A stretch of DNA of 64,000 bases from Ophelia neglecta. Its lineage: Eukaryota. Shown here one piece after another: positions 14,501 to 26,700 of this stretch (positions within the stretch are counted from its first letter, which is position 1; the number at the start of each line of letters is the position of its first letter). The notes under the pieces were generated by a model. That model saw nothing but the letters and a program-made list of their open reading frames with translations, was not told the DNA's origin and did not search any database. The translations under genes and the position numbers were made by a program. The DNA lies in contig OZ260664.1 of assembly GCA_965285935.1 (NCBI GenBank), forward strand, positions 63,612,001 to 63,676,000, in the 5' to 3' direction.

Positions 14501-14977
14501 ATTTAGTTCACTGTGAAGAATGATTAATGAGGCCGATTAATGCCATAATTATTGTGAGATCATAAATGACATTTTTTAAGTAAGTCTAACGTTATTTGGG
14601 AAATTCTAACCGACTCGATTACTCCACCTGCTGTCTAACTCGTCGCAGAGCATTTATGTCATTTGGCATTGCGGTTTACTTAGCAGATGTCAGTAATCAT
14701 CGGCATGAAAAAGCTATAATAATCTGAGTTAAGTCTGTTTGGAAAAAAGTCAGATTAACAACCTGTCAACTGTTTTTCAGTCAAATGTCAAACGTAGACT
14801 ATAAGCATTGAACTTAACGTGGAGAGTAAATTAACAACTAAAGAGGCAAGACAATTCTTAACCTTTTTTTTCAAAGGCGATACAGAAACATTTTACTCAA
14901 ATTGATGGTAACTGTGTTTGATCTTACACTTGAAAAGTTCACAATGAACAACAGAAGAAGTTAGTATTTTCAAAACG

Positions 14978-14983
14978 TTTATT
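14978..14983 (-). terminator. Candidate polyadenylation signal of the protocadherin
   Basis: AATAAA on the minus strand about 540 nt after the stop codon, followed by a U/GU-rich tract (cttcttctgttgttcattgtg). Other AATAAA copies lie at about 15350 and 15425. Confidence 0.5.
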
Positions 14984-15520
14984 GAAAACAAATGGATCAA
15001 CCATCACAATGTCGTACACAATAAATATTTTAAATAGGCAAATATGTGGAATACGTTTATACACATTATTGTACAATATTATACTAGGTCTATGTACATT
15101 ACAAAGTCCTCAGCAGTGACTTTACACTGAAAGCAGTCAATGTAGATATACTGATCAGCCAAATAGAATTTAACCACAGACAAGAGGCTAGGCCAACACT
15201 TGAGGCAAGTTATAGTGTGTTCCATTAAATATCAAAGAATAGGCAGAACTATATAAACTGCAGGAATATTCGCCAGTCCCTGAGACTTAACACGAATCTG
15301 GGCAGGGGTCATGATTGAATTTAGTTACAGTTCATTCAATTCGTCGCACTTTATTCACTTTTCATGCAGCTGGTACCATTTTGAGAAAAAAACTCCCAAT
15401 CGGCATGAAATCAGTCAAATCCAATTTATTGAATATAATAGTGAAATTGCACACACACACACACTCAGTTCGATGTTAAGCCAGCACAGAAACAAATCAT
15501 GGTCTTGTTTATACAGAGAT

Positions 15521-16014
15521 TTACACCTCTATATCACCAAGGTGCCCTCTGGCCAGCTCAAACTCCAAATCATCGTTGCCGATGACGTAACTTCCGGATG
15601 TGGCGGAAGTGGTGGAAGTTGCGTCGGTGAACTCAGAAGAGCACCTACTGCCAGGTGTGTTCGGGTTCTTCATCTTATAACTTAGCACAGAATTGGCGTC
15701 CCGGAAATTGAAGCATTGCGACTCCGAGGCTTTTTCCACTGGAAGAAGAGTTTGTGGGGGGTAGTTCGGGTAGCCTCCGAAGTCTTTCTTGTACTTGTCT
15801 CTAGCTTTGACATTTCTCACTGTCTGTCTGTTTGGAGGCCCAGAGCTGTCATTCTGGTATCCATTTGTATTTGGTGCTGATTTCTGGTCCTCTTGTTTCC
15901 GATCAGTATGCGAAGGGTGACTAGTTTTAGAGGAGAAAGGAGTTCCATGGGAATTACTCCGCGTGTTTGGATTGTGCACAGCTTTGACAGGCTTTCTATT
16001 ATCGTCAACATATC
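15521..16014 (-). CDS. Protocadherin, last coding exon (cytoplasmic tail ...STTSATSGSYVI...HLGDIEV*)
   Basis: Acceptor ttctccttaatcatttcag ends at 16015. A phase-1 junction gives G-YVDDNRK in the frame of ORF 15521-16072, open to TAA. Contains a Ser/Thr-rich TSGSY motif. Confidence 0.85.
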
Positions 16015-16296
16015 CTGAAATGATTAAGGAGAATACTCTTTCAGGCCACGCACATTTTGATAAATTAGACAAAAATGCCTTTTGATTACAAGAGAAGCGT
16101 TCATTTGGTCCAGCTGAGAGAGCTATAGATCAGGCACAAGCTTCCGCTTGTGAAGCAAACTCAATCAAATGAAGGGGTCATGGATTAAAGTCGATTATAG
16201 CATTGATTATTAGTGTGGAGCTAGTCTAAGATTAGTGGGGCTTAGCTCTGTGCGCCTCAGGACGAAGGTTAAAACAAAAGTAAAGTGGGATCTTAC

Positions 16297-16435
16297 CGCG
16301 CTCTCTGTCTTGAGGCCCCTCGGCTGACCCCAGCTCGCTCGGGCCCCTCCCTGAATCCGTGGTGGACACGTCACCGGAAGAGGAGCTTGCAGCATCATTG
16401 TCGGCTGCCGCTTGCTCGACAGGCCGCTCTTCTGG
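16297..16435 (-). CDS. Protocadherin, coding exon 3 with CM1-like motif (DVSTTDSGRGPSE)
   Basis: Acceptor ttctaacctgtag, donor G|gtaaga; 139 nt, phase 0 to 1. It translates as PEERPVEQAAADNDAASSSSGDVSTTDSGRGPSELGSAEGPQDRER. DSGxGxSE is the protocadherin CM1 motif. The ORF track shows a different frame here. Confidence 0.9.
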
Positions 16436-17025
16436 CTACAGGTTAGAAGCATTCAAATGTAACCACAGTATAAATGAGTTGATGACAAAATATAACAATG
16501 ATGGATAGTGCTGACTGGCGCTCTAAACCAACTCGATGATTAGTTAACCGCGAGTAGGCTGATACCATGACAGGCGGTGATGAAAGGATGGTGGCAGCAA
16601 ATAAGCACTTGGATTCTGCTGGTTAACAAGTGCACGATTTGATGTACGAGCCAGGTTTGTCATTCACACAGTTCATTTCGGACCATATCGCATCTCCCCT
16701 CGGCCGAGATAATAACTCTACTTACTGGATAGAATATGGTTCCCGGTGGATTTAAAATGTCACTTCTCGGCTCACCGCTATTTCCTTTTTCAAGATCCAC
16801 CTTGCAGTCGCTCTATAACCAATTTTACCTTAAGCCCGATTTAGTTTCAAACCCTGACCCCAATCTGAAAACGCCCATTTTAAACCTACTGCAGCTGACA
16901 ACATACCTTACAATAAGGCTTTGAAGTTACCATTTTTCCCTGAACATCTTCTTTGACTCAGATAAATTTACTAAAAATGAGTTATGTGCCCATATTTGAG
17001 TATGCAAAAAGTGATTTGTGCTAAC

Positions 17026-17190
17026 CTGCAATCTCTTAACTTCCGGTAAAGTGGTATGTTGGCTAGAGCCTGAGATATAGGTGACCCCACCATGGTTGTT
17101 GCTGCTGCCGGTGTCCGAGGTGTAAGAGGGGATGTTGACGAAAGAAAGGTCATACTTGAACGCTTTCGCATTGGTAGAAAGCTGGTTTTC
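17026..17190 (-). CDS. Protocadherin, coding exon 2
   Basis: Strong acceptor ttcttcttttttattacag and donor CAG|gttagc; 165 nt, phase 0 to 0, open: ENQLSTNAKAFKYDLSFVNIPSYTSDTGSSNNHGGVTYISGSSQHTTLPEVKRLQ. Confidence 0.8.
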
Positions 17191-20100
17191 CTGTAATAAA
17201 AAAGAAGAATTAATAGATAATTGCAGATGCTATATGGTCGGGTGTCCATTTAATGTTGCCCACTCGTCTTCCTTTGAAAGAGGGCACTATCAAATTGGAA
17301 TTGTTAACGATCGTTACAACTGACAGGATTTAACTACCGGACAGTCAGTGAGAGATATCATAGTTTATTTTAAAAAGCTTAACTTGGAAAGGAGAAGGGG
17401 GATTCTACAGCCGTCGACTATACACTGGCCAAAAGCAATGGGTGTCTGGGCTTCTGGTCAAATATGGGGTACGGTATGGAGGTATAGGTGTATGGGATTA
17501 CCATCAAACTGCACAGGGCGATTTATTATCTAAACACTTAAAGTAAACTATATATATACTATAATAAACAATGTTGTATGATAGATGGAAAGAGGTAATG
17601 AGTATCGATAGCAGATGTTCATGCATACATGGGCACTTGGATTGGTTTGCTGTACATGCATGGTGGAAGAGACTGTATCAATCATCAATCAATTCACATC
17701 GCATGCCTCGAACGAAGAAGCTTTAGGCTGAATTTAACAGGCAATTAAGAAGATTTGTGTTACTGGACGCTGGCAGTATAACAAGTGGTCTTGTGGCGTA
17801 CATTCTTGTTAAACTTCGCGATCAAGCTGTTGACGACCGATCCGGGCTGCTTGGCAGTTTGGCAAGGCAAGGCCCAGCTCTTCTTTCCATTTTATCAACA
17901 GTAGAAAGCCAACGCTCGCTATCTGTTCGATAACTTGTAGCCCTACAAATTACAAGAGGTATCTAAGGCCACGCAGGCCATGTCCCGTCACTCACAGCAG
18001 GATTGGAAGATTTCTGTCGTGGCACATGAATTCGCCAACTATCAAAACAGGGGCCTTGTTTTCAATGAAGTATGGCTTACGTATGTTTGAAACCAGATTG
18101 CTTGTGGTATTGTTAATGCACGGCATCTTTATTCATTTAAATTTGTAATGGGCATGATGTAAACTTTATTGGCTGAGTGATGACATACGGAACTGGAAGT
18201 GACGTATGTAATAACAACCGACCAACGCATCAAGAACTACTCTGCGGTGCAGTATATTATATTCAGTCTGTGGTCCGTGCTTTTAATAAAATATAGCCTA
18301 TCTTTGTATGATTGTATCGGCGAAACAACATGCTCGGACACTGATACTATAAACCGAATTCCTCTTGCGATCAGATGGTAAACAATCGCTTAAAGCAACG
18401 GTGGTATTTTGCCCGGGAGAAACAACACCCGAACAAGCTCCCGGGCGAACATATATCACGCCTTTATATCTTGTGACTATAATAACCGGCTTTGCACAGA
18501 GATGATGGTATCGGAAGGCGATATCTCCCCCGTTTTGTACGTGAAGAAGTTCAGTCGAAACTTGTAATCAGTTTGTGATTGGTGGTTGGCTCCCTATATC
18601 ATCTAGCCATACCCGTGTTAACGCCCGAGGTCATACATACTTAGTCCAGTAAGTTTTTCTCCAATTTTACCGCTTGGATGGTGAGGTAATTGAATAGTAT
18701 TGCATGCTTTACACAATACGGCTCTTTGTCATTTATGAAAGTCAACTGCTCAGAATCCATATTTAGCGGTGACAGTTTTGTATTCCTCGGGTGTTTTATG
18801 AGATTGGTTTTCAAGGGGTTAGGACTGCGAATAAAGGTAAATATCAATGCGAGAGAAGCACTCTATGATTTGATGCAATTATCTTACCCCTTTTGCATTT
18901 GTGAAATCTTATCCTGTGTCTAATGCCAGGCTTTATGTGGGTGGGTAGAAGACAAATTGTGTAAACTGTATTAGTTACCATTCACAGCGGCTTTAGAGAC
19001 CTCTTCATTGTAAAATGTCTTTAGTAGACAAATACTCAACAAATATCCAACTGGGGGTGCATTCTTAATGCCAACAAACTGACAGGAAAATAACAACCGT
19101 GCTAATTTGATCGCCCCGGTCTTTTCAATAAGACATCATTCGATCCCGACAAATGAAATAGTTTGACTGTTTAATCATAGAGTAGTCCAAGCATTATTCA
19201 AGGTATATTGCAAAGCTTTTCGGTCGTGACCTTCTATCGTTAGTCTTTATTAAACGATTCACTGAGGGGGAACACAGAGAAGCTTCTTCGGACATCACAA
19301 ACTACTGACCTAAATTATATTATTTGATTGTAGAATTAAACTTGTAACTCCATGAAGACTTGAAAGGTGACAAACAAAAAGGTTTTAAAGTCGAAAACGT
19401 TAATGTTTCTCCGCTATGTGAAGGTCAGAGTTGAAGTCAAATGAACTTTGAATATTGTTCCAAAACATTATAAATTGTATTCCTATAAGTTAGTACTCTT
19501 TGCAATTATTTCGAGTCCCCCCAATTAACTTAGCAAAGTTACAGTAGGCCTATAGCTCGATGCCTTATACATATTTCGTTCCCATTATTCTAATAATCAT
19601 AGCTTTGCAGTGAAAGTATACAAAAAATTAAGTACATTTGTCACAAGCATGCCAAAACAACAATGACGTGTTACTGAGCTCTACCTGTTGAGGTGCTGTC
19701 TGGGTTGTCAACAATTATTAAAGCGACTAATAACTGGGCTGTGTTTTTCAATAATAGTAATAAAAAATAACACTCACTATAAATTGAATTGATATCAAAA
19801 CAAATAATTCGGTGCATTGAAACAACACGCATATATGAAAAAGTATTCAAATGTGACATACCTCTCCAATACTATGAATACGAGGTGATTTGGAATAAAA
19901 GAGATAAAACATCAAACCATTATATCTCATAAACAAGGTGGCATGTATAAAATGTGCTTGAGGTAATATTCTACAAGATTCTTTTCTATAATACCAAGGC
20001 AGGTCGACCTATCTAGCTTTTATGGTTTCTTGTGTCGAGCACATACTATAAATTACGTTTATAGCCATTTCAATGATTTGGGCTTTGCTAGAGCCCATTT

Positions 20101-20955
20101 AGCTCAGGGCAGTTTGAATAAATACACCACACGAAAAGTGCAGATAGCAAAAAATAAACAATATGTCCTGCATGTATATTGGGCCATTACGAACTTTTAT
20201 TCGCCTAAAGCATGAGAAGAGTGGGACCGAGTGTATCTAAACGTGTAATCGATTAATTCTGGTTGCCTACAATGATATTCCAGGCTTGCCAAGGGCATAA
20301 AAGGGTACTAAAATCATGCCAACTTGATCACCAGAGTGCAAAATGATAAAATAGCATCAACTGCTCCGCGAGGCGGTTTGAGAAACAGGTAGAATCGGGG
20401 AGGACAAGTGTAGTCCCCACGAAACAATCGTGTTACGGGAGGTTGCTTTAGCCAGGGTTCTGATACATTGGCATGCGACACAGCACTTCAAATGAAGACG
20501 TGTTGGCTCCATATCTCACCGCTGGCTATATAAATCATCAGCTGAATGGCGGTAGCTGCTTTGTACTACATTATGGCAAAGCTCTCGGCCCTCCGCTTGT
20601 CTCGCCCATTGTAATTCATTTCGTATTCACCTCTGGCTGCTGACACTGCCGCAGATGTTGACTGATAGATCTGCACATTTTTTGATATCTGTCGAAGGGG
20701 ACCACCATTAATCAAACGAAGGACAAATCGAGAAATAATGAAACAGCGAAATGATGCTGTGCCCTTTGACCGCATTAGATGGATCAGGTGCATAAGGCGA
20801 CCAATCCCATTTGTCGCTATTTCTATCCAGAGAATCATAATCCTTTTAGGCGTGAGGGAGGTTCAAACCAAAACGAAGGGCAAATCCAATAGAAATTATC
20901 TGATGCAGTTTCAAGATGCAATCATAAGAAGAAAAAAACAGATGTATAATCTTAC

Positions 20956-23658
20956 CTTGTTAGCTTTATCGTCGATGTGAGTAGAATTTCTAGTGGGTGT
21001 CGAGTAGGTGTAACCCCCGACGATTTGCGAGTCAGGCCTTGGGGCGGCCTGGTAACTGTCTTTCATGGAGAACTCGTCTCCATTGCTCGAGTTGCTCTCA
21101 GCAAGGGAGTCATTTGATTTCTTTGAGCGTCTTGATTTGACGAGCACCAGTGTGATAGCGGCACTGAGAATGATGACCAGCACCCCTGTGGTAGCCACCA
21201 CGGCGATGATGATGAGCATGTTGCGCCTGTTGAGGCCCTCGGCTTCCTCCTCCTCCTTCCCTGGCCGCTGGATCCCAGACCCCACATAGGCCAGGGACTT
21301 GTTGACAATAATACTGAGGTTGGCCATGGCCGACTTCTGAGAGGTGCCGTGGTCGGTAACTGTCACTATCAAATCTATCACTTCATACTCCATATAACTC
21401 AGCTCGACATTAACGAACACGTCACCGGACTGAGTGTTGATGCCAAAAGGCGCCCTCGGCTTCTCATTGACGAACACTTGCTCGGCGTCGTCTTTCTCCA
21501 CCAGCTGTATGGAGTAGGAGAGCAGGGCGTTGTCCCCAGTGTCCAGATCGTGGGCCAGGATCTGTGTCACCCTCTCACCAGGAGGCAGCAGGTTGGAGAT
21601 GCGAACAGAATTGTTAACAGAATTGGGAAAGTCAATGACGGGGCTATTGTCATTCACATCAGCCACGTACACGGTAACAGAGGCTGTGCTGCTCATAGAC
21701 GGGTAGCCTTTGTTGATGGCCAATGCGGTGAAATAATACACTGGTTGAGTTTCGCGGTCAAAAGAGCGTCTTACAGTGATCTGGCCTGACTCTGGGTGAA
21801 CGTCAAATGATTTCATGGTTTCTCTGTTTGTGGCATAAAATGAGTACTCCACTGTATTATAAGGGGGCGAGTCAGCGTCAACAGCGTGGACTTTGTCCAC
21901 AACAGAGTTTATCGGTTGGTTTTCAACCACCACAAATGTGTACGTGTTCTGGTCAAATTTAGGCACTTCGTCATTGACATCGGAAACCACTATAGACACC
22001 ACCGCCTCCGAAGAACGCGAAGGCATTCCATGATCCATAGCGTGAACTCGCAGGCGAATCTCCCGGGATTCCTCGTGATCCAGCCTGGAATTGGCCCGTA
22101 TCACTCCCGTATCTGGGTCAAGTCGGAATAAGCCCTCGTCGTCATTCAAAATGGCGAATGAAATGCGTGCGTTGTCCCCCGAGTCGGCGTCTGTGGCGTT
22201 GATCTGCACAACAAACATGTCTACGTTATTATTCTCTGTGATTTCCACCTGATACAGTGGACTGCTGAAGACAGGGGTGTGGTCATTAGAGTCTATCACC
22301 TTGACCTTTACAATGGCCCTGCTAGTTCGTATGGGTGTCCCATTATCATAACATTCCAGCACCAGGGAGTAGAACTCTCTCGATTCCCTATCTAATCGTT
22401 GTTTAGTGACAATTTTGTATTTTTTCTCCGACATTTTCTCCAGGGTGAAACTGTTGACATTCAGACGACACTTGACGTCACCATTCGCGCCACTATCGCG
22501 GTCAGAGACGAAGACGAGGCCTACAAAAGTCCCGGTGTCAGCCGACTCACTCACCTCGCACTCGTCCCCGGAGGTGAGCGTGTTGACTGTGATCAGAGGG
22601 CTGTTGTCATTGACATCCTCCACGGTGACTGACACGGTGGCCGAGGTAATCTGGCTACCAGATCCTCCGTCTCTGGCTGTCACCATTATTCGGTAATTCG
22701 CCTGCTTCTCACGGTCCAACTCATTTATAAGAACTATATCTCCTGTATTCTGTCTGATATCAAACAAATGACCAAATTCCCCGAATGTGGCCTCGGTCAT
22801 TCCGTAGCTAACCAGGCCGTTTGCTCCTTGGTCGGCGTCGGCGGCCTTGACCCTAAGTAACGTTTGAGGGACGCTCGATCCCTCCAGTATCCGGATATAG
22901 TAGTTACTGGACTCGAACACGGGCGGGTTGTCGTTGACGTCTACGATGGTGATGTTGACCACGAGAGTGGCGGTGAGAGGAGGGTTCCCGCCGTCCACAG
23001 CATTGATTCTCAGTTTGTAGTACTGCACTTGTTCTCTGTCTAATCTGTCCATCAACTCAAGCTGTAACTCACTAGCACCCGGCTCAGATCTTAACTCAAA
23101 GCTACCGAACGCCGGCGAGATCTCATACCGCTTTATGCCGTATTGAGGACCATCTGGGTCAGAGGCAGTCGGGACGGGGAAAAGAGTACCGGGCATGGAA
23201 GATTCTGGAATGCTGAGGAAGAATTCCGGACCAGGAAACATAGGACGGTTATCATTGTCATCCAATATCTCAACTTTGACAGTGATTACATGAAAGAATT
23301 CAGCCGGGCTGACCGCAACATCCAAAACGAACTCACACTTGGGCTTGTATCTACATACTAAATCTCTGTCCACACTCCTGGTCAGAGTTAACATGGCGGT
23401 GCTCTGGCCAATGGCAAAGTATTCCTCAGCAGTGCTGTCTTCGGGATTCGCTAGAATTCGGAAACGTAATTTTGCGAAGTCTGGCGGCAGATACATGTCT
23501 GACAGTTTAGAGTCTGTGGCAATGTTGGCGATTTGAGTATCCGCTTCCAGACCCTCCAGTATCCGGTATTCAATATTGTCGATCAGCTGACCGGAAATGC
23601 CCCAGAGGAGAGACAGAAGTGTCACCGGAAGTAGAAACATTCTCTGAAGTTCCTGCAT
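20956..23658 (-). CDS. Delta1-type (PCDH1/7/9/11-like) protocadherin, large first coding exon: signal peptide, 7 cadherin repeats, TM, juxtamembrane tail
   Basis: ATG at 23658 (alternative at 23640) and a hydrophobic signal peptide. Seven EC repeats carry xPE/DxD/LDRE/DxNDNxP calcium motifs, with EC1 Cys-X5-Cys (CRYKPKC). The TM is MLIIIAVVATTGVLVIILSAAITLVLV followed by KSRRSKK. Phase-0 donor AAG|gtaaga at 20956/20955. An ectodomain encoded by one exon is the protocadherin hallmark. Confidence 0.97.
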
Positions 23659-23754
23659 TTTCAAAGATCAAGGGATCTTGTTTCAAGGTGGTTGCAGAAT
23701 TCAATCAGAAATAATTCGCCCCTTCTTTGCTATTACAATATTCATTTTTCTCTC
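23659..23754 (-). other. 5' UTR part of the large protocadherin exon, with a 14-codon uORF (23745-23701)
   Basis: A branch-point-like ctaat and acceptor tttctttgttttgcag end at 23755, so at least one non-coding exon lies upstream. ATG 23745 to TGA 23703-23701 is in frame with the main ATG. Confidence 0.7.
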
Positions 23755-26700
23755 CTGCAAAACAAAGAAAGCATGAAATTAGTGTCAGGTATCAGCGGTT
23801 AGTTTTGCTTCAAGCAGCCATGAGTAAGTGCATTATGCAAAGTGAAATCAATAGGGATTCAATATGTCACAATCGGTTCCCAATTACTTTCAGCATAATT
23901 AGGTGGTGTCCATTGGTAAAATTGAGAAATGTACATGTTTCTGCCATTACCCTATAGTTTATGGCGGCTTTAGACGTACTAATTATATTGATTATTTACT
24001 GAAGCCAATTCACCAGTTCACACCATAGAACGGCCTAACATGGCAGAGTTAACCAAGGAGAATAATGACTCTAACAACTCGACTGTGCTAATACATTTCA
24101 TCTTTCAGCTGTTTCCGTATATTGGCATAGCATATTTGCCATACAAGTGCATGAGAGAAAGCTCGAAATAAATTGGGCTGGCCAATGAAAGGCCGGCCGG
24201 AAAAACTGGCCAAACCTCATTTCGCATCTAAAAAGAACCGGTGGTCCTGAAAAATTGTCAACGGTAGAAAATAATGGTTAAATGTTTGGGTGTGTTTGCG
24301 CAACATTGTGAGCATGTCAAAGGAATCAGGCTGCACGAAGTGGCATTGTACTAACATTGAATGCATACATGCGCAGAAAACTACCCGGAAAATGGTTATT
24401 GAGACTCCTGCTCAAATTTCAAAATTAATAAACCTTCATGTTGAAACCTTTGACGCTTTGAACTCACCATTTAGCAGATGTCATGATACTCTTAAAATAT
24501 TCGCGTAAAGAGACTCCCATCAAAAAGCTATGTAACAATTATACTATTCGCACAAGTCGCAAGAATCACTTCTCAGTTACATTTGAAGAAAAAAAGTTCA
24601 AATGAACAGGTCAAGCATGTAAATTTATCAATTGCCACTTTGACACCCGGCTATGCTTAGCCGCTGTTTTCTGATTGGCGTATGTCTCCACGCTTTGTGC
24701 TATATAAATTGTTGATTTTATCTAATCTTTGCATCTCCGGCCCGATTGTGTTGCGAATCCAACAATGACAGCTTTCATGGAAGTTGACTTTCGGCCCTTG
24801 GTCACGGTAGTCGAGAAAGCACTAGATAGGGTAGCATCCAATGTCCGTTAATGAGGGTATCCCCCATCCGAAGTCTTTTCTAATACAATAATTATGATAA
24901 CATCAGGTTGGCGCTGTCACACGGGACAAGGAACCAATTTATGAGAACCTATCGTGCTACTGTGGTCTGATGGGTATTTCAGACTTTGATCGACATGTTC
25001 ACCTGGGCCTGGCAGTCAATTTTCATGAAACGCCATGGGTAGCCTTCAAGCGGGTCGGCCTCTCGCCACTGACCGAATCTGATCAGAAGTAAAGCCGCGA
25101 TTCTCAACGGCTTTCTCCCTTGCACGTCATCGAGGCCCATCAAAATATGAATAAGTTTTTACAGTGAAGTAGGGGCTGCTAGCCCAATCGATGATTCGAT
25201 TTTCCCGATTAGCAGCCCTTTAGAACCGCTCCTACCGCCCGTGAGAGATGCGCAAAAAAACCTTTGTGCGCATCATAGCCACAATTTATTGGCAATTCTT
25301 TGTAATCAGATTTGTCGAACAGCAAGGTGAATAGGGTAAGCACATGGGAAATTCCGGTGAAAGGAGGAACTGACATAACTAGGCGTTTGATCCAAGCCAC
25401 CGCCATGGGTCTGTTGTTTAGTGACATGCACAATATCACTGTATCTCAACTATATATGACACAAACTACTAAAGCAAGTGTGGCCGGCGGACGTACAGGC
25501 TAACTCATCCCCTAGCACATTGTATACCTCACATTTTAGTCGCGGTCAAAAGACCTATAGATCTTGACATAGTCTATAGGCCTACGTAATACAAAAATAT
25601 CACACTTGAAATGAGTGAAGCGGATATGCTTTATTATAAAATGCAATAGGCCTTATGATACTGACGGTGTTTTATTTAAGCGTGTCAGAACTTCCTCCCA
25701 GGAAGGGCGTACTTTGTGTCAGACAGTTGTATTAATATTCATCACAGTGAACACCGACCCCACTCAAGCGTCCACCTGTCCCATAGAGAAGATATAGGAC
25801 GCGGAGAAAGTGTTTTCATCCACTTCCATCCCTCTCCCACGATCAGAAGGATATAGCCATCAAGCAGTACAAAAACCGACCCTGCCATTCAATGACAACC
25901 GCACGCTGCGGAGCAATCGTCCTGCCATCTAGCCCCCCAAGCTACACTACAAAACAGTACACCGAGAAAATTGCCAATCACCAACAAAAGCCTAAATTCA
26001 TATCCATAATAAGCTCACCTGTCTTTCATATCTCTATTCTTCCTACCTATTCGCCTCAGTCCACAGCTTCAAACCAATTAATTTCTGGCCAAACGTCGAT
26101 ACAATAATCTTTTCAGGATTTTCCAACCACGAAGCTCTTTGCCGCACTTTCCCAGGTGGCTGAGCCTATACGACAAGCTTTTTGTCCTCTAAATTCTCCA
26201 TAGTGAATCTCGACCGCGCGGTGAAGTGTTTTTTCAAACGAATTTCATTTCGCAAACCTGATTAGTTTCACCTTCGATATAATCGGTTGACCCTGTAATC
26301 CGTCTCAGCTGCTTCTTTTAAACTGTCATTTTTAATCCTGACAATATGCTAAAAAAAGGCACAGCAGTGTTCGGAGCTGTTTAGAAAATGCTGAACTGCG
26401 CCGCCCTGCCTGTTATGTCCCTGGCAGGCGTTTAAAAAACCTAGACAAGACACACTAGGCAGACGACAGAACATTCGACTCAACATCCCACTTGAAAACG
26501 AACTGATGGATTTCAAGTTGAGGAACACACAACTAAATCCTAAAATTATTCATCGGTTTCATAATCATTAGCCTGCGCACCAAGGGCGTCCTGCATGCAT
26601 GCTTCAGTAGATTTTTAAGATCGCCCCATGAAAAATTTACGACTTCCAAAGCGTAGCCGTGTCTCTGCTTTTAGTCCGACCTGAATGATAGGTCTGAATG

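Noticed and set aside
17085-17091. Alternative donor ATG|gtgggg inside exon 2
   Set aside because: Weak site, and phase 1 is incompatible with the phase-0 CM1 exon; the 17026 donor fits.
21065-23536. Several plus-strand ORFs overlapping the protocadherin exon
   Set aside because: Antisense shadows of a GC-richer coding exon with no recognisable domains.
20911-23664. ORF-track 917-aa protein taken as the complete gene
   Set aside because: The TTG start is not a eukaryotic initiator, and the last 14 aa lie beyond a canonical donor; three further in-phase exons complete the gene.
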